From positions 167 to 64,166 of the forward strand of contig PDTE01000022.1 of NCBI GenBank assembly GCA_002747135.1: a DNA stretch of 64,000 nt, given 5' to 3'. The DNA is from Desulfobulbus propionicus. GTDB taxonomy: Bacteria; Desulfobacterota; Desulfobulbia; Desulfobulbales; Desulfobulbaceae. Below are positions 39,644 to 48,766 of this stretch, in pieces (position 1 is the first letter of the stretch; every line of letters starts with the position of its first letter). Made by a program: the position numbers and the translations under genes. Under the pieces are notes generated by a model, which worked only from the letters and a program-made list of their open reading frames with translations, was not told the origin of the DNA and did no database searches.

Positions 39644-41350
39644 TCAGGCAACAATACTGAATTGCTGCAGATCAGTTGCCGTATCAATCTGCACTACTTC
39701 TTCTTCGCCAGTTTCTGCAGTGGTGTAGCTTGCCTGGGACGTATTATTTCTGAACAGGCTTCCCAGCTGGTGGCGGTCTTCATTCTGCTGAAATCGAAAA
39801 CCCTCATCCTGCTCGCCGGCAGCCACCGTTATCTCCACCTCCCCCAGTTCCATCCCCTGCATGGCAAGGGCTTCACGTAATTTGGGTAAGTGCCGGTCAA
39901 GGGCCTCCTGGGCCTGCAGGTTCTGGGTGGTGATATGCGCCTTGATGTTATCCTGTTTAACCTCTATTTCCATGCGCAGCTCTCCCAGTTCCTGGGGATA
40001 GAGTTTAAGTCTGATCGAGCCTGATTCAAGCCTGCTGTTGGTGGTAAGTCTTGTTATCACCTGATCCATCACAGTTTCTTCAGGTATGGCGGCTCCAGAC
40101 GGCAGGTGTATGATCGATGTCCCCTGCGTCGCGGGTACGTTCTGCCCGGTAAACATGCTCCTGCCGCTGGCGTCGAGATTGAGAAACTGAAAGGGGGATT
40201 CTCTCGTCAATGCAGTTTCGCCAGGTTTCATCTGTTCTGAGGGCAACAATTCTTCCGGGCTATTCTGTTGCCCCTGCCCTTCAGCATTCATTGCTTTTTC
40301 CTGAACTTCAGCCAGAGAGGTTTGCAGTGAATTGTTGGGCAGATTGGAGTGGATATACTTGCCATTTGCATCAAGGTGTTGCCCGCCTTTGTCGATCATT
40401 GTGGAAGCTGTGCCCGGAATAGTTCTGGCTGCAAGATCTTCTTCTGCGCTTGACTGGTATAGCGTTATAGTTACGCTGTTTTCTGCCTCGTTGACAGGTT
40501 GTCCCGCTGCAAGGGGCGCCGCATTCATTGCCCGGCTGGACGACTGAACGTCTGGCTCTTGTTTCGGATTCGTGGAATATGTTGCTGACCATTGTTCAAT
40601 AACTCCTTCTACGGGAACCTGCTTTTCTGGCGGGTTGAGGAGTAAGTCAAAAACATTGGTCTGCCGGGTTGATGTTATGGTGTATTCCTGATTCGCAGCC
40701 GTTAGTGTTGTACCAGCATCTTTATCCGGTACAGCTTGTTGTACAGAGCTTTCTGTCAGTGCATCAAGTAAAGTCGCAAGGACTGGTTGACCGGTCTGGA
40801 GAAGAGGGATATTTTCTTCTTCGGCCTTGTCCGGCACAGTGACATCTTGCGACTGCTGATATTTTGAAACCTTGTTTTCCTGCGTGACGTCTCCCTGCGA
40901 CAAGAGCGCAATGAGAATTTCTTCAGAATCAGAAATGGTAGAAGCTGCCTTTGGTGCACCTGTTTCAACAGCATGTACGGTCCCATCTTCACCAGCTGAT
41001 CCAGTTGCTTGTGGTTGTGCTTTGTCACTGGTTGCAGCAGATGAACCTGTTATTTGTGGCCGTGCCTTGTCACTGGTTACATCAGGTGATCCTGCTGCTT
41101 GAGATATATCCTGATTTTTGGCTGTTGCTTCAGCACCTGATTCCAGCGTTTGCGAGGTAACGTTTGAGTCCGGCGAAGATTGTTCCGTATCTTTAACGGA
41201 AGCAGTTATTTTGGCTGTTTCATTGGCAAGATGGGACTGAAAGGATTCATCGGCGGCTGAGCGGGGCGATGTAGATACACCCGATGTAGAGACACCTGTA
41301 TCTGCCTGCACTGTTGAATCAAGAAGTGGGGTGGGAATAGATGCGTTCAT
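39644..41350 (-). CDS. fliK: Flagellar hook-length control protein
   Basis: Low-complexity N-terminus, LKLYPQELGEL...LPKLREAL C-terminal domain. Confidence 0.92.
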   Translation of the reverse strand: MNASIPTPLLDSTVQADTGVSTSGVSTSPRSAADESFQSHLANETAKITASVKDTEQSSPDSNVTSQTLESGAEATAKNQDISQAAGSPDVTSDKARPQITGSSAATSDKAQPQATGSAGEDGTVHAVETGAPKAASTISDSEEILIALLSQGDVTQENKVSKYQQSQDVTVPDKAEEENIPLLQTGQPVLATLLDALTESSVQQAVPDKDAGTTLTAANQEYTITSTRQTNVFDLLLNPPEKQVPVEGVIEQWSATYSTNPKQEPDVQSSSRAMNAAPLAAGQPVNEAENSVTITLYQSSAEEDLAARTIPGTASTMIDKGGQHLDANGKYIHSNLPNNSLQTSLAEVQEKAMNAEGQGQQNSPEELLPSEQMKPGETALTRESPFQFLNLDASGRSMFTGQNVPATQGTSIIHLPSGAAIPEETVMDQVITRLTTNSRLESGSIRLKLYPQELGELRMEIEVKQDNIKAHITTQNLQAQEALDRHLPKLREALAMQGMELGEVEITVAAGEQDEGFRFQQNEDRHQLGSLFRNNTSQASYTTAETGEEEVVQIDTATDLQQFSIVA

Positions 41351-41354
41351 GAAT

Positions 41355-41873
41355 TTACTTTATCTCCAGGCTTGAAAAAGCAGTTGTCAGGGCTGCGGCC
41401 TGATCACGATCCATGTTGTTGAGAAGTTTTGCGGCAGATTTACTCTTCATCTGTTCCAGTATCGCTATGGCCAGAGGTTCATCCAGAGTGGTGAATATTC
41501 TTGCCGCTTTCTCAGCCGCCATCTTTTCGTACATCTTGCTGAGTTCCTTAATACGTTTGAGCTCTTGAGCATCTTTCTCTTTGAGCATTGCTTCAAGGAC
41601 TTGACGCTGTTGACCGAGTTCCTTTAACTTCTTATCGACTTCCTCCTCTAAAGTCTTTAGAGCCTTTTTCTGGTTTGCAAGCTCCTCTCTTTCCCGTTTT
41701 AAGGAACCCCTTTCTTCCTGCAGAGCCTCCATAAGCCTCCGCTCTTCAACAGAAGAATATGCTGTGTGCTGTTGTATGCCATCCTGGATGCCTTTTTGAT
41801 CAGTGGCCAGGTTATCTGCGAACACAACTGAGACAGCTGTCACTGAGACAAGCAATGAAATGAATACCTTCAT
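41355..41873 (-). CDS. MotE/FlbB-like flagellar protein (MgtE N-terminal-like domain)
   Basis: Signal/TM, coiled coil, YEKMAAEKAARI...MKSKSAAKLL; between fliJ and fliK. Confidence 0.82.
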   Translation of the reverse strand: MKVFISLLVSVTAVSVVFADNLATDQKGIQDGIQQHTAYSSVEERRLMEALQEERGSLKREREELANQKKALKTLEEEVDKKLKELGQQRQVLEAMLKEKDAQELKRIKELSKMYEKMAAEKAARIFTTLDEPLAIAILEQMKSKSAAKLLNNMDRDQAAALTTAFSSLEIK

Positions 41874-41887
41874 GGCAGTAGTACCTG

Positions 41888-42319
41888 TTACTTTTTATAA
41901 TACAGTACGGCCAGCTCATCGAGCATGGCCAGCTCTTTCTTTTTCAGGAATTGCTGATAGGCCAGATCCTGGTGATCTTTTATCTTCTCAATAATTTTTT
42001 TGTTTCGGCTTGCCAGCAATAGCTCTTTTCTGGCGTTTTCCACTTCCCTGTCAGCTTTATCAAGTGATTTCTTTGTCTCGTTAACATACTCCTGGACAAT
42101 TGATACCCTGTTTTCCAGAAGAATAAGTTCAGCAATGGTTGTGCCTTTTTCCTTGGCTTCCCGCTGGCTGGTATATACTGTTTCCAGTTCCTGCTGGTGT
42201 CTGTTGAGAAGGGCCTGGATACTTGCCCGCTTTTCACGTGCTGCAAAAAGTTTTTGCCTGGAGGAGTCTTCGAGCTGGCCGCGATATTTCAACACTGCAT
42301 GGAGCTGAAATGGCTGCAT
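41888..42319 (-). CDS. fliJ: Flagellar export protein FliJ
   Basis: FQLHAVLKYR, coiled coil, LDELA; follows fliI. Confidence 0.9.
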   Translation of the reverse strand: MQPFQLHAVLKYRGQLEDSSRQKLFAAREKRASIQALLNRHQQELETVYTSQREAKEKGTTIAELILLENRVSIVQEYVNETKKSLDKADREVENARKELLLASRNKKIIEKIKDHQDLAYQQFLKKKELAMLDELAVLYYKK

Positions 42320-42355
42320 GGCGTCTCTTTCCTCTTACCTGCTTGTTTTTTTATC

Positions 42356-43720
42356 TTAATTTTTTCGACGTTCGCGGCTTTTCCTGCCCCGGCGTCTTCT
42401 GTCTTTTCCAGTTCTGTCACTGACCAGTTCGCCCATATCGATAAGGGTCTGTTCAATGGTTGCCGATTCGTTGATCCTCTGGGCCAGAAAAGTATTTATC
42501 AGGTCGATCCGTGAGATTGCATAGTCAATTTTTGCATTGCTTCCGGTGGCGTAGGCACCAATGTTGATGAGGTCTTCTGATTCACGGTATACCGCCATGA
42601 CACTTTTTATTTTTCCAGCAAGTTCCATATGCCTTTCAGGGACAATATCACGCATAACCCGACTGGTGGACATCATGACATCAATTGCGGGATAATGATA
42701 TTTTGCAGCCAGATTACGGGATAAAACTATATGGCCATCAAGAATTGATCGAACTGCGTCAGCGACAGGCTCAGTCATATCATCCCCGTCAACCAGAACA
42801 GTATACAGTCCCGTTATTGAGCCTTTCTTCTCGAAGTTTCCGGCACGTTCGAGCAGTTTGGGCAGGGTGGCAAAAACTGATGGTGTATACCCCTTTGTTG
42901 TCGGGGGTTCGCCAATGGCAAGGCCAATTTCTCGCATAGCCATGGCAAAACGGGTAACAGAGTCCATCATTAAGAGGACATTTCTGTTCTGATTACAGAA
43001 ATATTCGGCAATGGCTGTTGCCAGGCATGCCCCGCGCATGCGAAGAAGGGGAGGCTGGTCAGAAGTGACGGTAACGATCACTGAGCGGTGTAATCCTTCT
43101 TTTCCCAAATCTCGTTCAATAAATTCACGTACCTCTCTGCCACGTTCACCTATCAGGGCGATGACATTGACGTCAGCTCTGGCATATTTAGCCATCATGC
43201 CCAGCAAAACACTTTTACCTACCCCAGAGCCGGCCATTATGCCCATTCTCTGGCCAACGCCGCAGGTAAGCATGCCGTTGATTGCCCGAATACCAAGGTC
43301 CAGCGGCTGGGAAATAGCTGCTCGTTTCATAGGGGTGGGAGGAAGCGCGTACAACGGCTGGTGGCGGGATAAGTGGAGGGGCGGGCCGTCATCTGCTGGC
43401 TGGCCAAGCCCGTCAAGCACTCTTCCAAGCATGGCGTTGCCGACTTTTATAGTGGTCTGTTCCTTTTTGACCCGGATAAGACAGCCAGGACCTAGACCGC
43501 GAAGCTCTCCAAGGGGCATCAACTGGGCAAGATTATTATTGAAGCCAACTATCTCTGCTGCTATGGGGTGTCCCTGTCTGAGCGGAAAGATCTCACAGAG
43601 CGAACCTATTGAGGCAGGAGGACAAGTTCCTTCTACCACCAGGCCAACTATCCTTTGTACCTTTCCATAAACCCTGATCGGGTTAAAGGAGTGCTGTATA
43701 TCAGTTCCGGGAAGTGACAT
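42356..43720 (-). CDS. fliI: Flagellar export ATPase FliI
   Basis: AGSGVGKS, IGERGREV, MDSVTRFA, GEPPTTKGY. Confidence 0.97.
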   Translation of the reverse strand: MSLPGTDIQHSFNPIRVYGKVQRIVGLVVEGTCPPASIGSLCEIFPLRQGHPIAAEIVGFNNNLAQLMPLGELRGLGPGCLIRVKKEQTTIKVGNAMLGRVLDGLGQPADDGPPLHLSRHQPLYALPPTPMKRAAISQPLDLGIRAINGMLTCGVGQRMGIMAGSGVGKSVLLGMMAKYARADVNVIALIGERGREVREFIERDLGKEGLHRSVIVTVTSDQPPLLRMRGACLATAIAEYFCNQNRNVLLMMDSVTRFAMAMREIGLAIGEPPTTKGYTPSVFATLPKLLERAGNFEKKGSITGLYTVLVDGDDMTEPVADAVRSILDGHIVLSRNLAAKYHYPAIDVMMSTSRVMRDIVPERHMELAGKIKSVMAVYRESEDLINIGAYATGSNAKIDYAISRIDLINTFLAQRINESATIEQTLIDMGELVSDRTGKDRRRRGRKSRERRKN

Positions 43721-43722
43721 GG

Positions 43723-44469
43723 TCACTCCACTACAGTGGTGGATTTATCGCTCAGGTCATGTTCAGGAGCAAGAGATTCAATTTCTTCTTCAAGAAATTC
43801 CCTGCCGCTTTCCAGTTGCGTCTGGATGGTTGCATCGACAAGGCATCCTTTGGACTCAAGCAGGAAGCCGCCTCGCTCCACCGCCAGATCAGTGCGCAGG
43901 ATGATGTGTTTGAGGGAACGAATTTGTTGAAGCAGATCTTCCTGAAGTTGTTCTGCTTCAGCGAGATCATCAGGGTGGATGGTGAGAGTGAACTCCTCGT
44001 CATCTATGGCCTGCTGGAATGCGGATTTAACTTTTCCAGCTATGATATCCCGCCTGGTCGTCAGTTCCTGGTCAATGATGCTGCGGCTCAGCATGATGAT
44101 ATGATCAATGATTGCCTCTCGATATGTGTCGTAGAGTGCCTGCTGAAGTGAGTCAATTTTTTGACAACCGTTGGTTAGTGCAGCAAGTAGCGGCGCAAGT
44201 TTTTTTTCCTGTTGTCTGGTAGCGTCATGTATTCCCTGCCTGTACGCTTCTTCGCGCAGTGCTTCACGATCCTCCTCTGGCAATTTTTCTTCAGCTTTTA
44301 GGTCGGACATCAGCTGCGGCGCTTCTTCCTGTTCAGTCTTCCTGCTCTCTTCAGGAGCATCATTGCTGCCAGTCTCTTTTGCCGTTGCCCTTTCTGGGCT
44401 GACTTTTTTCAGGACAAGAGACTTTGGAATAAAGGAGGCGTCTTTTCTGAAGATTCTAGACGAGCTCAT
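43723..44469 (-). CDS. fliH: Flagellar assembly protein FliH
   Basis: AYRQG repeat, IHPDD, RGG...VDATI. Confidence 0.9.
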   Translation of the reverse strand: MSSSRIFRKDASFIPKSLVLKKVSPERATAKETGSNDAPEESRKTEQEEAPQLMSDLKAEEKLPEEDREALREEAYRQGIHDATRQQEKKLAPLLAALTNGCQKIDSLQQALYDTYREAIIDHIIMLSRSIIDQELTTRRDIIAGKVKSAFQQAIDDEEFTLTIHPDDLAEAEQLQEDLLQQIRSLKHIILRTDLAVERGGFLLESKGCLVDATIQTQLESGREFLEEEIESLAPEHDLSDKSTTVVE

Positions 44470-45469
44470 CGCCGCCTCCGCGACCGAGTATCAGTTTACC
44501 TTCCTCTTCCAGTTTCATTGCAATCTTGACGATACTTTGCTGCATTGCCTCTACCTCAGAGAGACGGACAGGGCCCAGGGCTTCAAGGTCATCTTTGATC
44601 ATGTCAGCTGCTCTTGCAGACATGTTGGAAAAAATAAGCTCTTTTATCTCGTCAGATGCTGTTTTCAGTGCCATGGTCAGTGAATCGTTATTTACTTCGC
44701 GCAGGATCATTTGCATGGAACGTCCATCCATGTTGGCCAGATCCTCAAAGGTGAACATCAGTTTCCTGATGGATTCCACCATGTCAGGATCTGTCTCTTC
44801 CAGTGTTTCAAGAATGTCAGAATCGAGGTTGTCAGTCATATTGTCAAGGATATCAACAACCTTTTGGATGCCTCCTACCTGGCGCTGATCCTGGTCACTG
44901 ATGACGACACCGATTTCCTTGTTCAGCACTTCCTCAATCTGATTAATAACTTTGGGTGATACCGGATCAAGGTTGGCAATCCTGTAGATGACATCACTGC
45001 GGTTGTTTTCGGGGAGATGTGCTATGATTGCACTGGCATGCTCCGGGGTCTGGGTGGAGAGTACCAGTGCCACTGTTTGCGGGTGCTCAGGCTCAAGCAG
45101 GCCCGCTACCATTTGTGGCTGCATTTTGGAAATAGTTTCAAGCGGTTTTCCTTCAGTGCCGGTAATCAGCTGTCGCATGAGGAGGGCGACTCGTGCTTCG
45201 TCACCTGTTTTTGCAATGGTTTTTTTTGCAAAATCCTGTCCATGGACAACCAGGCCCGCCTGCGTTTCCAGGGCAAGCTCAAAATCTTCCAAAACACGCT
45301 GCTGAACATTTTCAGGGATATGCTCTACCGTAACCATGTATCTGGAAACACGAAATATCTCCTCATCAGATAATTCCTTCATTATCTCTGAAGCTGCTTC
45401 TTCTCCCAGGCACATCAACAGGGTCGCAGCTCTCGCTACTCCGGTGAGTTGTTTGTCGGATCCAGCCAT
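44456..45469 (-). CDS. fliG: Flagellar motor switch protein FliG
   Basis: EHPQTVA, MFTFEDL, NMSARAA, GPVRLSEVE. Confidence 0.97.
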   Translation of the reverse strand: MAGSDKQLTGVARAATLLMCLGEEAASEIMKELSDEEIFRVSRYMVTVEHIPENVQQRVLEDFELALETQAGLVVHGQDFAKKTIAKTGDEARVALLMRQLITGTEGKPLETISKMQPQMVAGLLEPEHPQTVALVLSTQTPEHASAIIAHLPENNRSDVIYRIANLDPVSPKVINQIEEVLNKEIGVVISDQDQRQVGGIQKVVDILDNMTDNLDSDILETLEETDPDMVESIRKLMFTFEDLANMDGRSMQMILREVNNDSLTMALKTASDEIKELIFSNMSARAADMIKDDLEALGPVRLSEVEAMQQSIVKIAMKLEEEGKLILGRGGGDELV

Positions 45470-45533
45470 AATACAGAAATCCGGGTTAGATGGTTAATGT
45501 GTTGTGGAAGAGGGTATCTTGCAGGTGTAACCG

Positions 45534-47129
45534 TCATTCTTCAGCGATCCAGTTTTTCAGAACATGGGCACTGAAAGTAGGGTTGTTCCGTACATTATTT
45601 CTTATGCGAAGGAGAGGGTTTTTTTGCAGTAATTCTTCATATTGTCGCGCTGCCTCTTCCTTGGCCTGCTTGTTTTCTTCTTCCAGCTCCTCAACGGTTT
45701 TGTAGTGCTCGGTGGTTTCGGTTTTCAGCGTTTTAATCAATGGTCTGACCATGAGCAAATAGAGAAATAACCCACCTAAAAAGAGAATACCGTATTTGAT
45801 CACTGGCATATACTGGTAAAGCATTGAAGCACTTATTCCCTCTGTTTCCAGCATCACTTCTGGTTCGGTAAATGGCATGGAGGTGACTTCTATGCTGTCT
45901 CCTCTGGTCTTATCTACACCAAGAGCTGATGTAATCATTTTTTCAAGGGCTAACAGCTCCTGCTGGTTTCGTGGTTCTGTTTTTGCCGGCTGATTTTCTG
46001 TTGCCGGTATGATCTTGTCAGCGACCAGAACGGCAACGGAGATTTTTTTCACCGTCCCAACTGGATGTATGGTTTTGGAAACCACCTTGCTTATTTCATA
46101 ATTAGTTGTCCGTTGTGATCTGGAAGATGGCGGTGTTGAGCCAGCAGATTGATTGGTGTTTCCCTGGAGGTTTGACTGAACGCCTGGTATACCCCCAACA
46201 ATTTCAGAACCTGATTTCTCTTCGCTTAACTGTTCGCTTCTGATAACTGGTTCCTCAGGGTCAAAGACCTCTTCAGTCTTTTCAGTGCGGGAGAAATCAA
46301 GAGAGGCTGTGACTCTGACCATACCGTTTTTGGGGCCAACGGTTTTGTCAAGCAGCGTCTGGGCCCGTTCTTCAAGGTGCTGTTCCACCTGCAGCTGGAA
46401 TTGCAGCATATCAGGAGAGAGGTTCCCGATCAGGTTGTGATCACCAGTTTTGGTCAGGACGTTACCGTTTTGATCGATAACCGTTACATTATCCTGGCTG
46501 AGCCCTTCGATTGCTCTGGAAACAAGGTGTGTTATACCCTCTACCTGCATTTCTCCGAGTCTTCTTCCTGGTGCAAGCCGGATAATGACCGATGCGGTCG
46601 CCGGTTTCTGCTGCTCTTTAAATAGTCTTTTTTCCGGCAGGACCAGATGTACTCTTGCTGTCTCAACAGGACCGAGTGAAGCAATAGTGCGAGCCAGTTC
46701 TCCCTGAAGCGCTCTTGAGTAGTTCACTTTCTGAACAAAATCTGTCAGAGCAAAAGACTGCTTGTCAAAAATTTCAAAACCAACCCCGCCTCCCTGGGGC
46801 AGCCCTGCAGATGCCAGGTTCAGCCTGGCTTCATGTACCTGGTTGGCTGGAATAAAGATGTTGCCGCCGTTATTGCTGAGCCGGTAAGGTATGCTCTGTC
46901 CTTTGAGCCATTCAACCACTGAGCCCGCATCACTGTCTGTGAGATTGGCGTAAAGGAGCTGGTAGTCAGCTGTCTTTGCCTGGATAATAATGAATGCAAA
47001 GGCCGCAACAGAGAGAAGAGTTATTGACGCAAGTGCAATTTTTCTGGATAAAGGCCAGTTGGAGATGGTGGTTACAAGTCTTCGCCAGCCACCTTGTTGT
47101 TCTGTTGCCTGGTTTGTTTCTTCAGCCAT
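45534..47129 (-). CDS. fliF: Flagellar M-ring protein
   Basis: GFEIFD, RALQGELARTI, ARVHLVLP, TTNYEISK. Confidence 0.97.
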   Translation of the reverse strand: MAEETNQATEQQGGWRRLVTTISNWPLSRKIALASITLLSVAAFAFIIIQAKTADYQLLYANLTDSDAGSVVEWLKGQSIPYRLSNNGGNIFIPANQVHEARLNLASAGLPQGGGVGFEIFDKQSFALTDFVQKVNYSRALQGELARTIASLGPVETARVHLVLPEKRLFKEQQKPATASVIIRLAPGRRLGEMQVEGITHLVSRAIEGLSQDNVTVIDQNGNVLTKTGDHNLIGNLSPDMLQFQLQVEQHLEERAQTLLDKTVGPKNGMVRVTASLDFSRTEKTEEVFDPEEPVIRSEQLSEEKSGSEIVGGIPGVQSNLQGNTNQSAGSTPPSSRSQRTTNYEISKVVSKTIHPVGTVKKISVAVLVADKIIPATENQPAKTEPRNQQELLALEKMITSALGVDKTRGDSIEVTSMPFTEPEVMLETEGISASMLYQYMPVIKYGILFLGGLFLYLLMVRPLIKTLKTETTEHYKTVEELEEENKQAKEEAARQYEELLQKNPLLRIRNNVRNNPTFSAHVLKNWIAEE

Positions 47130-47152
47130 AAAACTTTCCTGCTAGCAATTTT

Positions 47153-47338
47153 TTAACTAATCGCGGGGGGGGCCGTTATATTTCCGTTATTTTCTGTCTC
47201 TGAGATGTAACTGGCCCCGGATAGTTCTGATTTATGCAGGCACGATTTCGAGCAGATAAGCAGGTGAGGTGAGGCCCCGTGTACGAGAGTATGCAGGAAA
47301 TTGTGAGTGTGCAAAATGAAATGTCCGCGATCAGTTAC
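47153..47338 (+). mobile_element. MITE family B, diverged long-loop variant
   Basis: Internal GTAACTGG, GCACGATTTCGAGCAGATAAGC, CCGCGATCAGTTAC end. Confidence 0.8.
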
Positions 47339-47345
47339 GAAACTT

Positions 47346-47642
47346 TTACAATTGGAGCCTGCTTATTTCCTGGTATGCCTCAAGTGCTTTGTTACGCACC
47401 TGAATCACATAACGCAGGGCAATATCTGCCTGCTCTATAGAGATCATGGCGTCGTGCAAATTTTTTTCACCCCCTGTGTGTACCTGCTGAATAGCCTGGT
47501 TGGCAGCGTGCTCCTGCCGGCTCAAGTCATCCAGCATAGACCCTATCATCTCACCAAAGCTGTCAGTTGCCCGCTTGATCTCTGTTTGTTTTTCCTGGGG
47601 TTGGGTCAGCGATAACGTGTCAACTGTCTGTATGATATCCAT
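47346..47642 (-). CDS. fliE: Flagellar hook-basal body protein FliE
   Basis: QVRNKALEAYQEI. Confidence 0.95.
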   Translation of the reverse strand: MDIIQTVDTLSLTQPQEKQTEIKRATDSFGEMIGSMLDDLSRQEHAANQAIQQVHTGGEKNLHDAMISIEQADIALRYVIQVRNKALEAYQEISRLQL

Positions 47643-47645
47643 TTA

Positions 47646-48080
47646 TCATCCTCCAATTTCCAGGGCCTTGAGAGCCATCCTTTTGGCAGATTGTATAACC
47701 GTCGTGTTCGCTTCGTAAGATCTGGTTGCAGACATCATGTCAACCATTTCCTTCATAACACTTATATTGGGAAGCGATATATAGCCGTCCTTGTCGGCAT
47801 CAGGGTGAGTAGGGTCGTAACGCTTTTGAGGCGGCTCCTGATCTTCAATTATTTTTACCACCTTCACCCCCTCGGCATGTTGATTCATCTGGGTCTGAAG
47901 CTGAGTATCAAACGATGATACAGGCGCAGACTGAAAGAGTACGGATTTCTTTTTATATGGCCCTCCTTCTGGAGTGGAGGTAGTCTCCACATTGGCCAGG
48001 TTTGAGCTGATGGTGTTGAGTCTGGTACGCTGTGCCTTCAGCCCTGATGCTGCTATATCAAAAGTGGTGAAGATATCCAT
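47646..48080 (-). CDS. flgC: Flagellar rod protein FlgC
   Basis: SSNLANVETT, YDPTHPDA, RSYEAN. Confidence 0.97.
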   Translation of the reverse strand: MDIFTTFDIAASGLKAQRTRLNTISSNLANVETTSTPEGGPYKKKSVLFQSAPVSSFDTQLQTQMNQHAEGVKVVKIIEDQEPPQKRYDPTHPDADKDGYISLPNISVMKEMVDMMSATRSYEANTTVIQSAKRMALKALEIGG

Positions 48081-48121
48081 TTCCTGTCTCCATGATTTGG
48101 TTCAGTTAGAAGTTATGCAAT

Positions 48122-48535
48122 TTATGAGCCACCGTTGATGGTGTACTTGAGCAGGGCCATCTTTTTTTTGAGCATGGTGGTTGCCGCTTCATACATGATC
48201 TGGTTTTCAGATAGTTTGACCATCTCCTGATCTACACTGACTGAATTTTCGTCGCCTATACCTGTATTGTCTTTCGTTGTTTGGACGACACCTTGTACCT
48301 GCTCAATGCTGGAAGTCCCAAGCGGAATATGATTGGGGTGAGTGACAGCAGGAGAAAAAGGTTGATGGTTGACGGCTGAATGGAGCTGTTCTTCAAAGGT
48401 GAAACTTTTTGCTGAATAACCAGGAGTTTCAGCATTTGCGATATTTGATCCGATGACCTGTTGATTTTTTGCCCGCAGGTCAAGCACCTTTTGCAGCAGG
48501 ATCATGGAGGTGTCAAATTGTTGTACAGGGGCCAT
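48122..48535 (-). CDS. flgB: Flagellar rod protein FlgB
   Basis: SNIANAETPGY, DENSVSVDQEM; start moved to ATG 48535 (AGGAG RBS). Confidence 0.96.
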   Translation of the reverse strand: MAPVQQFDTSMILLQKVLDLRAKNQQVIGSNIANAETPGYSAKSFTFEEQLHSAVNHQPFSPAVTHPNHIPLGTSSIEQVQGVVQTTKDNTGIGDENSVSVDQEMVKLSENQIMYEAATTMLKKKMALLKYTINGGS

Positions 48536-48581
48536 GGTTTTTCTCCTGGTTGATGAATCGAAAATGAGTGTGTGGTGTGAC

Positions 48582-48766
48582 GTAACCAATCACGGGGTCT
48601 GTACTTTAAGCGTTATTCTCTGCTTCTGATGTGTAACTGGTCACGGGTGAAACAGAATTGGGCAGGCACTCTTCCCCGCAGGTAAGCAGGCGAAGAGAGA
48701 CGTTCGTGTACAAGAGTATGCGGGAAAGAGCGATCGGGCAAAGATGAAGTGCCCGTGATCAGTTAC
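48582..48766 (+). mobile_element. MITE family B long variant (185 bp)
   Basis: Intact GTAAC/GTTAC ends; right end overlaps the TPR gene stop codon. Confidence 0.92.
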